Source: a virus (lineage: Duplodnaviria; Caudoviricetes). From it: 64,000 bases of DNA. The DNA is taken from positions 1 through 64,000 of IMG/VR virus record IMGVR_UViG_3300033067_001743; one strand, written 5' to 3'. The translations under genes and the position numbers were made by a program. The notes beneath the pieces are model-generated. The model made no database searches and had not been told where the DNA came from. It was given only the letters and a program-made list of their open reading frames with translations. Of the stretch, positions 19,348 through 28,943 are shown in pieces. How positions within the stretch are numbered: position 1 is the first letter of the stretch; each line of letters begins with the position of its first letter.

Positions 19348-19695
19348 TTAGTATGGAAATTTATAATCTGGTGGAAATTGTAATACATGGTAAAATGGAG
19401 AATTTGCTATGATACCAACTTCATTATTACATCTTAAACACTTAAATACTTCATAATGTTCAGGATAAGTCTCCATATTTACGCTACCATAATAATGTTT
19501 ACACCCACATTGTGGACAGAATGAAAATGGAGTTATCCTTGGTCTTTCATACATAGTTTTAACACCAACTGTTGTAACAACCTTTAGTAATCTTGATATT
19601 TTAGATTTAGTTAACTTATTTCCAAGTAATCGTTTCTTGTCTTTTCTTGGAATTTTACCTTCTAAGTAAAGGGTAAATGCTTTATAAATGTTCAT
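19348..19695 (-). CDS. Zn-ribbon protein
   Basis: CPQCGC...CLRC. Confidence 0.55.
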   Translation of the reverse strand: MNIYKAFTLYLEGKIPRKDKKRLLGNKLTKSKISRLLKVVTTVGVKTMYERPRITPFSFCPQCGCKHYYGSVNMETYPEHYEVFKCLRCNNEVGIIANSPFYHVLQFPPDYKFPY

Positions 19696-19985
19696 CTTTC
19701 AAAGGTCTGATCTACCCAATTTAAAAATTCAAACTTTAATGACTCAAACTCTTCTTTAGTAGAAGAATATTCAGGTTTATGCATCCATGAAGTTTCCCAA
19801 AATTCTGATAAAGAAAGATTTTTATTTCTTTGATTTGAAATCCTATAAACTACATAGTGTTTGTCTTTTTTTGATGTGGTTTTGTGTATTTCAAGATACC
19901 CATCCTCAGTAACTTCCATAACATTTAGATTTGGATAATCTCCACCATTTGATTGTTTGGTGTAAAATGGTAATTCCTTGGTCAT
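19692..19985 (-). CDS. hypothetical protein
   Basis: 97-aa ORF. Confidence 0.55.
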   Translation of the reverse strand: MTKELPFYTKQSNGGDYPNLNVMEVTEDGYLEIHKTTSKKDKHYVVYRISNQRNKNLSLSEFWETSWMHKPEYSSTKEEFESLKFEFLNWVDQTFER

Positions 19986-20500
19986 ATAGTCCAGTTTTTA
20001 TTGGTGACAATTCTATGTATTTGAGGCTGTTTTAGTCCAAATAATTCTCCTAATTCACTTTGAGTATATTTAGAAGTTTTGTACAATTCTTTTATTTTTA
20101 ATGAATCTTCTTTAGTTATCTTTTTACTTGGATTGTATATTCTTCCTGTACTAATAGCATGAATAGTGTTTTCACTATGAGTAACCCATTCTAAATTATC
20201 AACCATATTATTAGTTCTGTTAGAATCTTTATGATTAACACAAGGTTTATTTTCAGTGTTCTCCAAAAATTCAATAGCAACTACTCTATGAACTCTTAGT
20301 TGTTCTTTAGTATCATCTTTATGTAATGTTACAAAACAATAACCTTTTCCATCTAATCTGGGCTTTAGTATTTTCTCTGGGTAAAATCTCACCCTACCAT
20401 CAATATAATTTATATGTTTTGGTAGTGCTTTTATATTTCCAAAATCACTAACTTGGTAAATACCATAATACCCAGTTATATCTTTCCATATTTCAATCAT
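19982..20500 (-). CDS. NUMOD4-HNH homing endonuclease
   Basis: EIWKDITGYYGIYQVSDFG, VHRVVA, VNHKDSNRTNN...NLEWVTHSEN, C-terminal HTH. Confidence 0.9.
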   Translation of the reverse strand: MIEIWKDITGYYGIYQVSDFGNIKALPKHINYIDGRVRFYPEKILKPRLDGKGYCFVTLHKDDTKEQLRVHRVVAIEFLENTENKPCVNHKDSNRTNNMVDNLEWVTHSENTIHAISTGRIYNPSKKITKEDSLKIKELYKTSKYTQSELGELFGLKQPQIHRIVTNKNWTI

Positions 20501-21306
20501 TGTAAATCTTTTAAACTTTTAAGGCGCTTATATCCAACGTCATAACGCTGATTGTGTGGAGCATCGAATAGATAACAGCAAATTCCTGCTTGATTTAATT
20601 GCACAAAGTTATCAAATCGGTCATCAACAAATATGTCCAAACCTAAATTCTTTATGGTTTCAACCTTGCTTTCTCCTAATCCTACAGTATGAACTGGTCG
20701 ATGAGGAAATCCATTAATATCAAGCCATTGTTCAGTTATTTGACCCGATACAGGGCGACTTGTAACATAACAATAAGGTTCAAATGGAATATCATTTGGT
20801 TTGGTTAATACATCTAATGATAGATAAAATGGATCAAGTGTTCCTGCCTCTCTCATACTGTCAAACCTTTTAATTATTTCCCTATCAAAGAACCATGAAG
20901 ATGGTTCCACCATTCCCCACTGTTTACACCATGCTGGTGTCCATTGTGCAAGAACCTCATCAACATCCAAACCAATTTTCTTCGGGTTTAGATACGAATG
21001 TGGCCTATCATCTCCTTCTGGGTAAATTTTATAGTACTCTGTTATAAACGCTGCATTACACATTACATGCGCTGAGTGAAGTAACCCTGTTTCTGGATCA
21101 TAATCTTCACCCCTTTTAATTGCCTGTAAATGTCTTTCTAATGATGCAAGAACCTTTGACCATGCCATTCCTCTTTCCCAATTTCTTTCTGCATATTTGG
21201 TTGCCCCATAAGTCATAACTTTCGCGTACTGTTCTTGTGCATATGCTGGTATTAAATCATGTCTTGATTTACCTGAATTAAAGCGAAGTCCCTCTTCCTT
21301 TTTCAT
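20497..21306 (-). CDS. dATP/dGTP diphosphohydrolase-like (DUF5664) fused to HAD 5'-nucleotidase-like domain
   Basis: GLRFNSGK...YGATKYAERNW...DPETGLLHSAH, then IGLDVDEVLA, VTSR, FVDD. Confidence 0.85.
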   Translation of the reverse strand: MKKEEGLRFNSGKSRHDLIPAYAQEQYAKVMTYGATKYAERNWERGMAWSKVLASLERHLQAIKRGEDYDPETGLLHSAHVMCNAAFITEYYKIYPEGDDRPHSYLNPKKIGLDVDEVLAQWTPAWCKQWGMVEPSSWFFDREIIKRFDSMREAGTLDPFYLSLDVLTKPNDIPFEPYCYVTSRPVSGQITEQWLDINGFPHRPVHTVGLGESKVETIKNLGLDIFVDDRFDNFVQLNQAGICCYLFDAPHNQRYDVGYKRLKSLKDLQ

Positions 21307-21914
21307 TTACTAATTTTTGGATTATCATTTTTTGATGGTTCCTTCCTACTAACAGAAAGTACAAAGTCTGAGTCATTTACCATTTTCATTGCCCAATTAA
21401 TATCTGACTGAGTTATTGGTGCTGATTTAAGTAGTTCATCCCAGAATTCTGCTGGAAGATGAATGTTTTTAATGTGTAAGGCTCTTCTAAACAATGGTGC
21501 TATTTCCTGAACAGTATAGCCTGCAAGAGAACAACCAAGTTTTGTAACTTTAAAAATTAACTCTGGGTGATTGTAAGCAAATTCTATGAAGGTGTTAACT
21601 TCTCCTTGAATTTCTTCGAGTGTAGATGACTTCTCTACCCTCCAATTCTTTTTAGTTACAATTCCATACGTTTGTCCCATTAAACCTCTGGCTTGACCTT
21701 GTATGGCTCCTGCATAAAGTTTTGCGAATAATGCTGCACCTTTACCATGTCTGCCTTCTTCGTTGGTTCCAACAACTACAACTTCTCCTTCTTTTAAGGA
21801 TGTTATATTGTCAGGTGTTTGTCTGTTAATCATGTTTAATGAATTGTAGTATTGTTCTTGATAATGCAATCCTGCATCTATTTTATCTGATATTAAATTT
21901 TCGTAATAAGACAT
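21303..21914 (-). CDS. macrodomain-like phage protein (A1S_2505-like)
   Basis: TPDNITSL..GEVVVVGTNEEGRHGKGAA...FKVTKLGCSLAG. Confidence 0.75.
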   Translation of the reverse strand: MSYYENLISDKIDAGLHYQEQYYNSLNMINRQTPDNITSLKEGEVVVVGTNEEGRHGKGAALFAKLYAGAIQGQARGLMGQTYGIVTKKNWRVEKSSTLEEIQGEVNTFIEFAYNHPELIFKVTKLGCSLAGYTVQEIAPLFRRALHIKNIHLPAEFWDELLKSAPITQSDINWAMKMVNDSDFVLSVSRKEPSKNDNPKISK

Positions 21915-21918
21915 ATTT

Positions 21919-22521
21919 TTATCTTACCAATTTACAAATGTAACCTTCATTATCTTGAAGTATTCTAACTGGTGTACCGCCAAATGAATATCCTTTTTCA
22001 TGTCCAATCATAGCAACTATTTCAAGTTTTTTAATTTTAATTAATTGCAATACTGCAAATCGGACATCTGGTATCAAACCTATATCATCAAATACAAAGT
22101 AAACATCACCATCAGCCAATTTAAAATTTAAGGCTCTCATTACATCTGACATCACTGCATCAAATGTGTGTACTGCATCAATGAAAAATACTGATACAGG
22201 TTTATGTTTACAAGTTGTTTCTATTGGACTTTGATATAAGTCAAGACCAATATACTGAATATTGTCAAGGTCAGCATTTAACCTTTTTGCTTCATCAAAG
22301 TGGTTGGGTAGATTAAATGTATAAACCTCATTGAATAAATGGGCTAAAATTCTCGTTGTTTGCCCTTTATGTGTCCCAAACTCGACACAATTCTTTTTTT
22401 CAAACCCTTGAAAGAAGTCCCAAAGGTTTCTTTTGAAGAGGAAGGAAGTAGTTGACATATTAACTGTCTTATCTTCCTTAACCTCTTTAAGTAGTTGGTC
22501 AATAGTTTTATCTAATTTCAC
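21919..22521 (-). CDS. Methyltransf_24-type SAM methyltransferase
   Basis: VEFGTHKGQT, FFIDAVH, FVFDD. Confidence 0.8.
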   Translation of the reverse strand: MKLDKTIDQLLKEVKEDKTVNMSTTSFLFKRNLWDFFQGFEKKNCVEFGTHKGQTTRILAHLFNEVYTFNLPNHFDEAKRLNADLDNIQYIGLDLYQSPIETTCKHKPVSVFFIDAVHTFDAVMSDVMRALNFKLADGDVYFVFDDIGLIPDVRFAVLQLIKIKKLEIVAMIGHEKGYSFGGTPVRILQDNEGYICKLVR

Positions 22522-23480
22522 AGACCTAATTTTGTTTTTACAATGTTATAGTTGAATGCAAAGTTCTTTTTTTCATCTACTGGTAAACCTAATGCTTGTC
22601 CAAGTCGAACAATAGTTGGTTTCTTCACTGCATATAATTCTTTAGCAGTTTTGAATAGGATGTTTGATACTGCAACCCAATCTATTTCAGATGGTTTTGG
22701 TGGTGTTGGTACATCTCCATTATCAACCTTAACTTCTTGTATGCACCAAAAATCATCACATTCAGTTGCATTTAATAGGAATGAATAAGGGAACCAGAAC
22801 TTTCCATTAATGCCCCAATCAGTTCCCCATGAATTTTGTATCAAGAAACACTTCTTACTGTCATCATATCCTACAATTGTTACAGCATGTCCACCTTGAA
22901 GACTTTCTGTCTTTTTTGGTATTGGCATGATTCCAGTTGTTTTATCCCATGATCCAAAAAATGAATCATATACATTGAACCCGAAACTAACTGCTGCTCC
23001 TGATACTAAGGTTTGCTTGATCTCAGTTTCATTCTGATTTACGGCTGCATACTTTACTGCAACATTCTTTAATCCTTCATTGTAGGCAATCGTAGAAGGT
23101 TTTACAGCATACTGAGAAGGATTATATGGCCAAGTTTTATCAAGGGCTAATCCATATTTGTTCATTGCCTTGAACGCATCCCGAATATATGCACCACTAT
23201 CTTCATTTTCCCAACCTTCTAATAACCTTGAGTTGTAGTACTGGAATAGTCTACTAGGGTCAAAGTCAAAATTTCCTTGTATTTGTGCTGCCTCAAATCG
23301 GAAACAAGCACATGCACTATTTGCAGTACATGATCCAATATTAAGTTGATCGTATACTGGTATCTGTTTATCTAATTCAAATTTTACTGGGAGATTTGCT
23401 GGTGCTGCTAAATGTCGAACACTCTTTAAATCCCTTTCGTCTTTAGGCTGACGTTGCCAGTTTAATACTCTTGTTGTCAA
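22518..23480 (-). CDS. papain-like C1 cysteine protease
   Basis: DQLNIGSCTANS, GGHAVTIVGY, QNSWGTDWG. Confidence 0.92.
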   Translation of the reverse strand: MTTRVLNWQRQPKDERDLKSVRHLAAPANLPVKFELDKQIPVYDQLNIGSCTANSACACFRFEAAQIQGNFDFDPSRLFQYYNSRLLEGWENEDSGAYIRDAFKAMNKYGLALDKTWPYNPSQYAVKPSTIAYNEGLKNVAVKYAAVNQNETEIKQTLVSGAAVSFGFNVYDSFFGSWDKTTGIMPIPKKTESLQGGHAVTIVGYDDSKKCFLIQNSWGTDWGINGKFWFPYSFLLNATECDDFWCIQEVKVDNGDVPTPPKPSEIDWVAVSNILFKTAKELYAVKKPTIVRLGQALGLPVDEKKNFAFNYNIVKTKLGL

Positions 23481-23692
23481 TTTTCATTTCCTCTTATTTT
23501 AAAGGTTCAAATACGTTTTTATTTGGTTATTAATTACTTCCATACTATGAAGTACAAATTTCAACTCTTCTTCTCTTACCAATCTCATTGCTTTAACTAA
23601 CTCATTTCTATGTGCTATTAATCGCAAAAGAACTTGTAATTGGTCCAACCCTATTTCTGTTGTTTGTGTGTTCTTTAAGAAGTCTTCTCTAA

Positions 23693-24190
23693 TCATACCA
23701 AATGTAATTTTTCTTTCTCTACTTCTAATTGATTGTATAAATATCCCCAACCCTCCCTTTTTACTATGTCTGCTATCAGTTCCATACAATCATCTTTCCT
23801 TAAATTTGAGTAACGATTTCCAACACAATCTAAGTCAGTCTCAAGATAACCACCATCTGTTAATATCTCTACTGCCTCATCTTCATCATCTGCAATGAAA
23901 TAATCATCTTTTAGGTAATCTACCATTGTAGACTTACCAATTTCTTTCATAATATCATCTTTATCAAATTGATTTAATATTTCTGATTCAGAATAAACTT
24001 CAATTACATAATTGACTAAATCCTTGATACTATATTCGTTTAATATTGTGTCTATGTTTATATCATCAATTCCTTCTTTTTCTTTGTAGGCACTTATAAT
24101 TTTTTCTAATTCTGCTATTTTTATTATAATAGAAGATTTATTTAAGTTTGCTACTTGAATTAAGTAGTCATTAAATTGATCTATTTCCAT
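23693..24190 (-). CDS. hypothetical acidic protein
   Basis: 165-aa ORF. Confidence 0.6.
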   Translation of the reverse strand: MEIDQFNDYLIQVANLNKSSIIIKIAELEKIISAYKEKEGIDDINIDTILNEYSIKDLVNYVIEVYSESEILNQFDKDDIMKEIGKSTMVDYLKDDYFIADDEDEAVEILTDGGYLETDLDCVGNRYSNLRKDDCMELIADIVKREGWGYLYNQLEVEKEKLHLV

Positions 24191-24933
24191 AACCAGTTAT
24201 ATGTTTTGTTTAACCATTGATTTACAACATCAGGACCACCTTCTACTGCATTGAAATGATATACTCCGGGTATTTGTGTGAATAACATCCTGTCATCTAA
24301 TACATTCTTTCGAGCAAGGTCTTGCATGTTAAACTTGTATGGCAGTATCTTTCTATCAACGTCATCAGAATTATTTATAATCATATTGATGAGAGGTTGA
24401 TCAGTTCCAACTCCGTAGTCTTTCTGTAGCCTTTGTATGGTCTCTCTGTTCTCCCAGTAGAACTCAATAACCCGCTCATGCAGGAACTTATAGTTCTTAT
24501 TTGTCACCATGAACCCAGTATTGAAGTATGACCAAACCATTTCTGGTGTAATCTTCCTATTCTTAAACTCGTGTTGATAGTTCTCAAGGGAGCGTATCAC
24601 CCAGTCATAATCACCATCATTGTGTACTGCACAGAATTTTCTGTCTGTTAATTCGAAAAAGTTTGGACAATCTGGATGTACAATTGTGTCAGCATCCACC
24701 ATGCAAATTTGGTCATAATCAATTTGAGATTCATCAAGTAGTTCAAAAATGTAATGTCTCATTATAATAGGAGACATCTCACTTAAATCAACTACAGGCT
24801 CTGTTAAAGTGAATACTTCACATCTGTTTTTATCTGCCCAATTTTTCCAAGACTTAATGCTCAAGTCATAACCACTTGTCCGGTTTGGTTTAAGTGGGTT
24901 ATGGATGTTTATTAAGAATATTATGTTTTTCAT
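24181..24933 (-). CDS. GT8/GT34-like glycosyltransferase
   Basis: MVDADT, YFNTGF, GTDQPLIN, YHF. Confidence 0.85.
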   Translation of the reverse strand: MKNIIFLINIHNPLKPNRTSGYDLSIKSWKNWADKNRCEVFTLTEPVVDLSEMSPIIMRHYIFELLDESQIDYDQICMVDADTIVHPDCPNFFELTDRKFCAVHNDGDYDWVIRSLENYQHEFKNRKITPEMVWSYFNTGFMVTNKNYKFLHERVIEFYWENRETIQRLQKDYGVGTDQPLINMIINNSDDVDRKILPYKFNMQDLARKNVLDDRMLFTQIPGVYHFNAVEGGPDVVNQWLNKTYNWLWK

Positions 24934-25115
24934 AGTTTATTTTTCAAATCAAAATTATCCCAAACTTCATATAAGTCCGATAATGAATATTCTACCCAAG
25001 GTTTAGGATAGTAATCATTTAATAGTGTTTCTATGTTGTTGTCTAAACAATAGTTTACTGCCTCTTCAACACTATTAAAATCTTTAAATTTTATTTCACT
25101 CATTTTTATTGTCAT
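24930..25115 (-). CDS. small protein, paralog of 11700-11903
   Basis: YCLDNNI...ND...P..E...DLYEVWDN. Confidence 0.6.
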   Translation of the reverse strand: MTIKMSEIKFKDFNSVEEAVNYCLDNNIETLLNDYYPKPWVEYSLSDLYEVWDNFDLKNKL

Positions 25116-25501
25116 GTAAATAATGGCTCTCCATCCATTGCAGGGTTTTCAAAAGATAATATCCCACCTTCTATCTTTTCTGCAAAATCGGGTACTTGGT
25201 GGTATTCTCCATCTTCAATTAACTCCAACCATTCATTCCAATCTTCCTCTTTATCTAATGGTACAATATAATATCTGCAATCACCATCTGAGGTTAAGAA
25301 ATATCTAATTGGTTTATATGATTGATCTGGTTCCATCCAATATACTACATCATGCCTTTTCATTATTTTATCCAACAGTTCTGTCATTTGGGTTTGTGCA
25401 TCTTCTACTGTATTCCCAGTATAAGTATAATCATAACCCCTTACAGTACCAAAACAAACCCACTTATTATTTTTTAATTCAGTATTTATATGTATTTTCA
25501 T
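25112..25501 (-). CDS. hypothetical protein
   Basis: 129-aa ORF. Confidence 0.55.
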   Translation of the reverse strand: MKIHINTELKNNKWVCFGTVRGYDYTYTGNTVEDAQTQMTELLDKIMKRHDVVYWMEPDQSYKPIRYFLTSDGDCRYYIVPLDKEEDWNEWLELIEDGEYHQVPDFAEKIEGGILSFENPAMDGEPLFT

Positions 25502-25502
25502 T

Positions 25503-26543
25503 TTATATTTGTTTTATGAGATTTTTTGCTATATCTACACAAGTTCCTATTTTACCACTAAATATTGAGTAAAGGTTATCACTGTGTTTTATTATATTAC
25601 TTGGGCGGGCATCATCGAATTCATGTTGAGGGAGAACTGTTCTAACTGTAAACATTGAACCTTTGTATACTATCTCATCAGCATTAAAGTATTCCTGAAA
25701 TCCTGTTTTTATATTTTCAAATTTATTGAGAGATGTGAAAACTCTACCCTTGTTTAGTATTGACAGATGTTCATTTGGAGCATTATAGAATTTCCCAACA
25801 TGTCTTTCATGTATTGCATGTTTAACATGTCCAAGTACCTGATAATCTACATTAAACCCAATTGGGTCTACACAACAAAACTCCCCGTCTAATATTACTA
25901 CACTTTTATTTTTAAAAGGCTCCGGTAATTGTACAATAGGTTTTTCGCATAATTCAAATTGATAATCAACCTGTTGGTCTTCACTCAATAAACTATTTAT
26001 ATTTGCATAAGTAGCATTAATTACAATGTCAAATTTTTTACTATCGTACTGAGTAAATATTGTATTTGTTCTAAGCCTAACCTTTGATCTTGATAATTTA
26101 CTAATTATAGAAAGATATAATTCACTTAAATCAAAGCCATTTTCTACTACCCTAACTAATAATTGAACCTTATCCATTTTAAGGATAGATAAATCTTCTA
26201 TTATTTCATATTCAAGTTCATTGTCTTCTAAAAAGGTTATATATTGACTTGAATTAATTAGTGATTTTTCACTTGATATTCCATAATACCGATCAAAACC
26301 CTTTGCACAAATTGCTGAGGGAAACTCTTCTTCAAATAGTATTGAACTTTCTTTAACATATTGAACTGTTTCTTTTGATCTTGGGTAATGATAACCTCTG
26401 TGAAGTCGGTATTGATTTATTCCAGAGGCGCAACTAAGTAGTGACTTTTCCCTTTCGAATAAAGTTACTTTATGACCTGCTTCTAATAACTTCAATGCCG
26501 AAACACATCCAAAAACTCCTCCACCAACAACTGCTATTTTCAA
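25503..26543 (-). CDS. FAD-dependent oxidoreductase (DAO-like)
   Basis: IAVVGGGVFG, ASGINQYRLHRGYHYPRS, SGKI. Confidence 0.85.
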   Translation of the reverse strand: MKIAVVGGGVFGCVSALKLLEAGHKVTLFEREKSLLSCASGINQYRLHRGYHYPRSKETVQYVKESSILFEEEFPSAICAKGFDRYYGISSEKSLINSSQYITFLEDNELEYEIIEDLSILKMDKVQLLVRVVENGFDLSELYLSIISKLSRSKVRLRTNTIFTQYDSKKFDIVINATYANINSLLSEDQQVDYQFELCEKPIVQLPEPFKNKSVVILDGEFCCVDPIGFNVDYQVLGHVKHAIHERHVGKFYNAPNEHLSILNKGRVFTSLNKFENIKTGFQEYFNADEIVYKGSMFTVRTVLPQHEFDDARPSNIIKHSDNLYSIFSGKIGTCVDIAKNLIKQI

Positions 26544-26560
26544 ATCACATTTCCCTGTTT

Positions 26561-26860
26561 TTAAACTAATTCATATTTGTATTTAACTACTTTTTTACGC
26601 TTAACTTCCTGCCAAATCTCCTTACAATTATACTCATCTTGCAAATACCAACTACTTTGACATAAGTTTGCCATGTAGTATTTACCAGTACTGCACTCTT
26701 TTATAACATATTCAATTGATGTTGAGTTTTTTTCCCGGTCAAACGATTTAATTTTTTCTTTCACTCCTTCAAAAAGGAGGTTATCTTCACCATCTCTAAC
26801 TTCTCCATTATACATTATATCGTTAATTTCTTCTTTTGTGAATACTCTATCTAATACCAT
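26561..26860 (-). CDS. hypothetical protein
   Basis: 99-aa ORF. Confidence 0.55.
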   Translation of the reverse strand: MVLDRVFTKEEINDIMYNGEVRDGEDNLLFEGVKEKIKSFDREKNSTSIEYVIKECSTGKYYMANLCQSSWYLQDEYNCKEIWQEVKRKKVVKYKYELV

Positions 26861-27638
26861 TATTAGTTTGATTTAATATATTTGATGTTATTTTCATTAA
26901 ATTGGTCCGATCTTCAATTGGGAAACCAGTGAAGTGGTATATATAGCCGTACTTTAAAAAATGTGGCCATGTGTTTTTGTCATTGGGGTCTATTCCTTGT
27001 ACATTAGGATATAATTGCCAATTGTGTTTGAACATATTCTTTCTATGAATAGAAAGTAAGTTCCAACTTGGATCAAGTAATCGAACCTTTACACCATTTT
27101 CCTGAACAATAAAGTTTAGTAATGTTTGTTCCTTGCCGCCACCTTTAATAGAATCAATTTCAGACTGGTTATCTAAATACAACTTTAAAAGTTTCTCAAA
27201 AAGGTTTAAGTGTTTATTCCCAAAGAAAAGAATACCTGCATTAAAATATTGAAATATATCTAAACTTGTACTTGGAAAGAAATGTTGTCTATCGTTTATA
27301 CTGGATAGTAACCAGTTTAAATCACATAAATCCCCAACACCACAAAACTCATCTTCTGTAAATAAATTAAAGATATTTGGAGCATCAGGATTTACAATTG
27401 TATCCAAGTCTACAATTCCTATTTTGTCATAACCTTTTCCAATTTCATAGATTAACTCTTTATTCCAAATGGGAAAAGTGAACCGGGTGTCATGTTCCCG
27501 GTTCACCATCAAAGTTATATTATGTTTATTGCAATAACGTTGCCAAGAATCAATGGAATATTTGCCATATTCTGAATGATTGAATTGACTCTTATCACTA
27601 TCTACTGCAACTATATAGATTAAATTTTTACTCACCAT
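26847..27638 (-). CDS. GT8/GT34-like glycosyltransferase
   Basis: VDLDT, YFNAG, EQTLLN, YHFTG; paralog of 24181-24933. Confidence 0.85.
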   Translation of the reverse strand: MVSKNLIYIVAVDSDKSQFNHSEYGKYSIDSWQRYCNKHNITLMVNREHDTRFTFPIWNKELIYEIGKGYDKIGIVDLDTIVNPDAPNIFNLFTEDEFCGVGDLCDLNWLLSSINDRQHFFPSTSLDIFQYFNAGILFFGNKHLNLFEKLLKLYLDNQSEIDSIKGGGKEQTLLNFIVQENGVKVRLLDPSWNLLSIHRKNMFKHNWQLYPNVQGIDPNDKNTWPHFLKYGYIYHFTGFPIEDRTNLMKITSNILNQTNNGIR

Positions 27639-27907
27639 TCCATTGTAATAGTTAGATAAACATTACTACCAGCCCTAACAACTGTTACAGATTTCCAACC
27701 TCCATGTAAGGCATAATATGTCTGAAAGTCAATAAAATTGTCTTTAGTATATTTTGAGAAATTCTCTAATGTTATTTTAATACCATTGTCAGTTCTCTCA
27801 TATGCTTGAGATTCTATTTTATCGGCTACTTTTTTGAGTAGTTCTTCCCTGTATTGATCTGGTGCTGGTTTTGGGAAATCTTTTGGGCTGTAAATTTTTG
27901 TAGGCAT
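27632..27907 (-). CDS. hypothetical protein
   Basis: 91-aa ORF preceded by AAGGAG. Confidence 0.6.
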   Translation of the reverse strand: MPTKIYSPKDFPKPAPDQYREELLKKVADKIESQAYERTDNGIKITLENFSKYTKDNFIDFQTYYALHGGWKSVTVVRAGSNVYLTITMEW

Positions 27908-27919
27908 TTATGTTTCTCC

Positions 27920-28606
27920 TTAGTTTCTTTTGCCGAATCCTTTCGACTGTGTTTGTTTAACAGGTGTTGGTTGTTTTGGTTGTGAACTACCAAATCCCTT
28001 TGACTGGGTTGTAGTAACTTTAGTGGGAGTTTGTACTGTTCCAAAACCTTGTGACTTTTGTGTAGTTACTTGAGTAGGTTGAGATTGTACTGTCCCAAAA
28101 CCTTTTGATTGGCTTGTAGTAACTTCCTGCGGTTTAGATTCAACCTTTGGTGTTGTAACAGTTCCAAAACCCCTTGACTGTGTAGTTTCAATCTGTTTTG
28201 GTTGAACTTGTTGTTGTTCTGGCTGTTTTACAGTTCCAAACCCTTTTGACTTTTGAGTTTCCACTTCATAAGTTTGCTTAAAGGTTTGCTGTTCCTGTTG
28301 AAAGTTAGGTTCATTCTTATGATTGTAATAATAATTATTTACTGCCCCTTGACCACCACTATTCATAAGAGATTGATACAACAAATAATTCATCATAAAA
28401 GATGATCCATCCGGCTGTTGAACATACATAACAGTTGGTTGCTGATATGGCTGTTGATATTGTTGTGGTTGCTGGTAATAACCTTGATTTTGGTTCTGAT
28501 TTCTACAACCACTTAAACAAGCGTTGCATGTCATAACTGCAATAATGGAAAAAACTAATAGTAATGCAATTATAAGTACTTTTGAAAAATTCGTTAGATT
28601 TGTCAT
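27920..28606 (-). CDS. membrane/lipoprotein with Q-rich region and six S(K/R/Q)GFG repeats
   Basis: TM followed by CNACLSGC; repeats such as QKSKGFGTV, TQSRGFGTV. Confidence 0.75.
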   Translation of the reverse strand: MTNLTNFSKVLIIALLLVFSIIAVMTCNACLSGCRNQNQNQGYYQQPQQYQQPYQQPTVMYVQQPDGSSFMMNYLLYQSLMNSGGQGAVNNYYYNHKNEPNFQQEQQTFKQTYEVETQKSKGFGTVKQPEQQQVQPKQIETTQSRGFGTVTTPKVESKPQEVTTSQSKGFGTVQSQPTQVTTQKSQGFGTVQTPTKVTTTQSKGFGSSQPKQPTPVKQTQSKGFGKRN

Positions 28607-28626
28607 TTATTTTTCCTTTCAATTTG

Positions 28627-28902
28627 TTAGAGAATTGGTTGCATGTCTTCTGGTACTATGCCAACAAAATTCAAGGCTATAGTAGGAAGAGAGTATTCAC
28701 TATACTCTGCATTCTCTCCAACTGTCTTTGGTTGATAAACTCGAATATTGATGGCTGCTGAATTGGTACTGTCAATTACATATCCAAGACATCCTACAAT
28801 TTCTGTAGGATTGTTAGGGTCTGCATTAATTTGTACTACATCCCCAAATTGTAGAATTCGAGGTGCTTTTGATTGTTCTGTTACTGGTGTTGAATCTGTC
28901 AT
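28627..28902 (-). CDS. hypothetical KOW/SH3-like protein
   Basis: FGDVVQIN...GCLGYV. Confidence 0.5.
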   Translation of the reverse strand: MTDSTPVTEQSKAPRILQFGDVVQINADPNNPTEIVGCLGYVIDSTNSAAINIRVYQPKTVGENAEYSEYSLPTIALNFVGIVPEDMQPIL

Positions 28903-28943
28903 TTTTTAATGTTTAATTATTTAATAAAATTTGGACCGGAACT

